A stretch of 48,912 bases of DNA from the IMG/VR virus record IMGVR_UViG_2868238732_000001, positions 1 through 48,912 of that record; one strand, given 5' to 3'. The first letter of the stretch is position 1. Every line of letters begins with the position of its first letter. The translations under genes and the position numbers were made by a program. Positions 48,430 to 48,912 of this stretch are shown here, piece by piece. The DNA is from a virus. Under the pieces are notes generated by a model, which did not search any database, was not told where the DNA came from, and saw nothing but the letters and a program-made list of their open reading frames with translations.

Positions 48430-48451
48430 TAATATTATTGTTTAATTGTTA
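48430..48451 (-). promoter_or_regulatory. Phage motif copy 15 (before SF2 helicase)
   Basis: TAACAATTAAACAATAATATTA. Confidence 0.75.
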
Positions 48452-48515
48452 CTGTAACATACCCCTCTTGGGTATGTCTGCAAACCGTTGATTCATGCCC
48501 CACACTATTTTTATG

Positions 48516-48623
48516 CAAAAACTGAATAAAAATCGTGAGTGGTCGATAAGAAATTTGTTCAAAAACTGAATAAAAATAGTGTACCTTTTAGATAGATATA
48601 CTTATAATAATTAGATATACTTA
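48516..48623. repeat. Direct repeats, putative iterons
   Basis: CAAAAACTGAATAAAAAT at 48516 and 48560; AGATATACTTA at 48594 and 48613. Confidence 0.7.
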
Positions 48624-48688
48624 ATATTTAGGTTCCTCCGAACCTGCATATGGAATTAAATGGAAATAGTATAATCAATATAATATAC

Positions 48689-48910
48689 TTAATTTTTAAA
48701 TATGACACTATACTGATTAGGAACATAAGTCTTCTGAGGATTACCATAGTCATCATATCCAGTGATGATATTTTTGCTATTTATAACCTTGATAAGTTTG
48801 AGCTTCTTAATCTCTATAACATATAAACTAACAGTGTTCTTATGAATACCTAAAAACTGAGATATTCTATCTTCAGATATTGAAGTAAATCCCAGTGACC
48901 CAGTACCACC
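48689..48910 (-). CDS. 3' end of a winged-HTH protein, putative replication initiator (partial; not in ORF track)
   Basis: Open frame from window edge: ...FTSISEDRISQFLGIHKNTVSLYVIEIKKLKLIKV...PNQYSVIFKN*. Confidence 0.65.
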   Translation of the reverse strand, partial: GGTGSLGFTSISEDRISQFLGIHKNTVSLYVIEIKKLKLIKVINSKNIITGYDDYGNPQKTYVPNQYSVIFKN

Positions 48911-48912
48911 AA

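Larger units (their letters stand above)
4182..48912 (-). mobile_element. Large SPbeta-like siphovirus/prophage (ends not visible; may include the repair island at 1-4092)
   Basis: Complete co-oriented packaging-head-tail-lysis order plus YonO-like polymerase; no att sites seen. Confidence 0.9.

Noticed and set aside
11109-48451. The 22-bp repeat as a CRISPR array or transposon end
   Set aside because: Copies are dispersed singly at gene boundaries with no regular spacers; no cas or transposase genes seen
48721-48732. GAACATAAGTCT as a second SOS box
   Set aside because: Right half-site is broken and it lies inside the partial wHTH coding frame

Overview
AT-rich Clostridium-like DNA carrying most of a large SPbeta-like siphovirus (prophage or phage). 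Almost everything from 4.2 kb to the right edge is on the minus strand. In transcription order: partial winged-HTH protein with a putative origin, SF2 and UvrD helicases, small genes, a YonO-type single-subunit RNA polymerase, YonK/YonJ-like genes, terminase, an inserted endonuclease cassette, portal, protease/scaffold, capsid, head-tail genes, major tail, frameshifted tail chaperones, a lipoprotein moron, a 3690-aa tape measure protein, baseplate/fibre genes, endolysin, tyrosine recombinase and holins. The left end has a DNA-repair island: a Y-family polymerase with an SOS box, divergent from Ku plus an ATP-dependent ligase. Highlights not in the ORF track: (1) a ~22-bp intergenic motif (minus strand AACAA-N3-AACAATAATATTA) in 15 co-oriented copies, the likely promoter set of the phage RNA polymerase; (2) a terminator-flanked 32-aa micro-gene that mirrors the type IV pilin N-terminal helix; (3) a switch-like leader on the tape measure gene; (4) a -1 frameshift, nested starts and a probable ATT start. 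Family assignments come from motif recognition by eye, not database searches.
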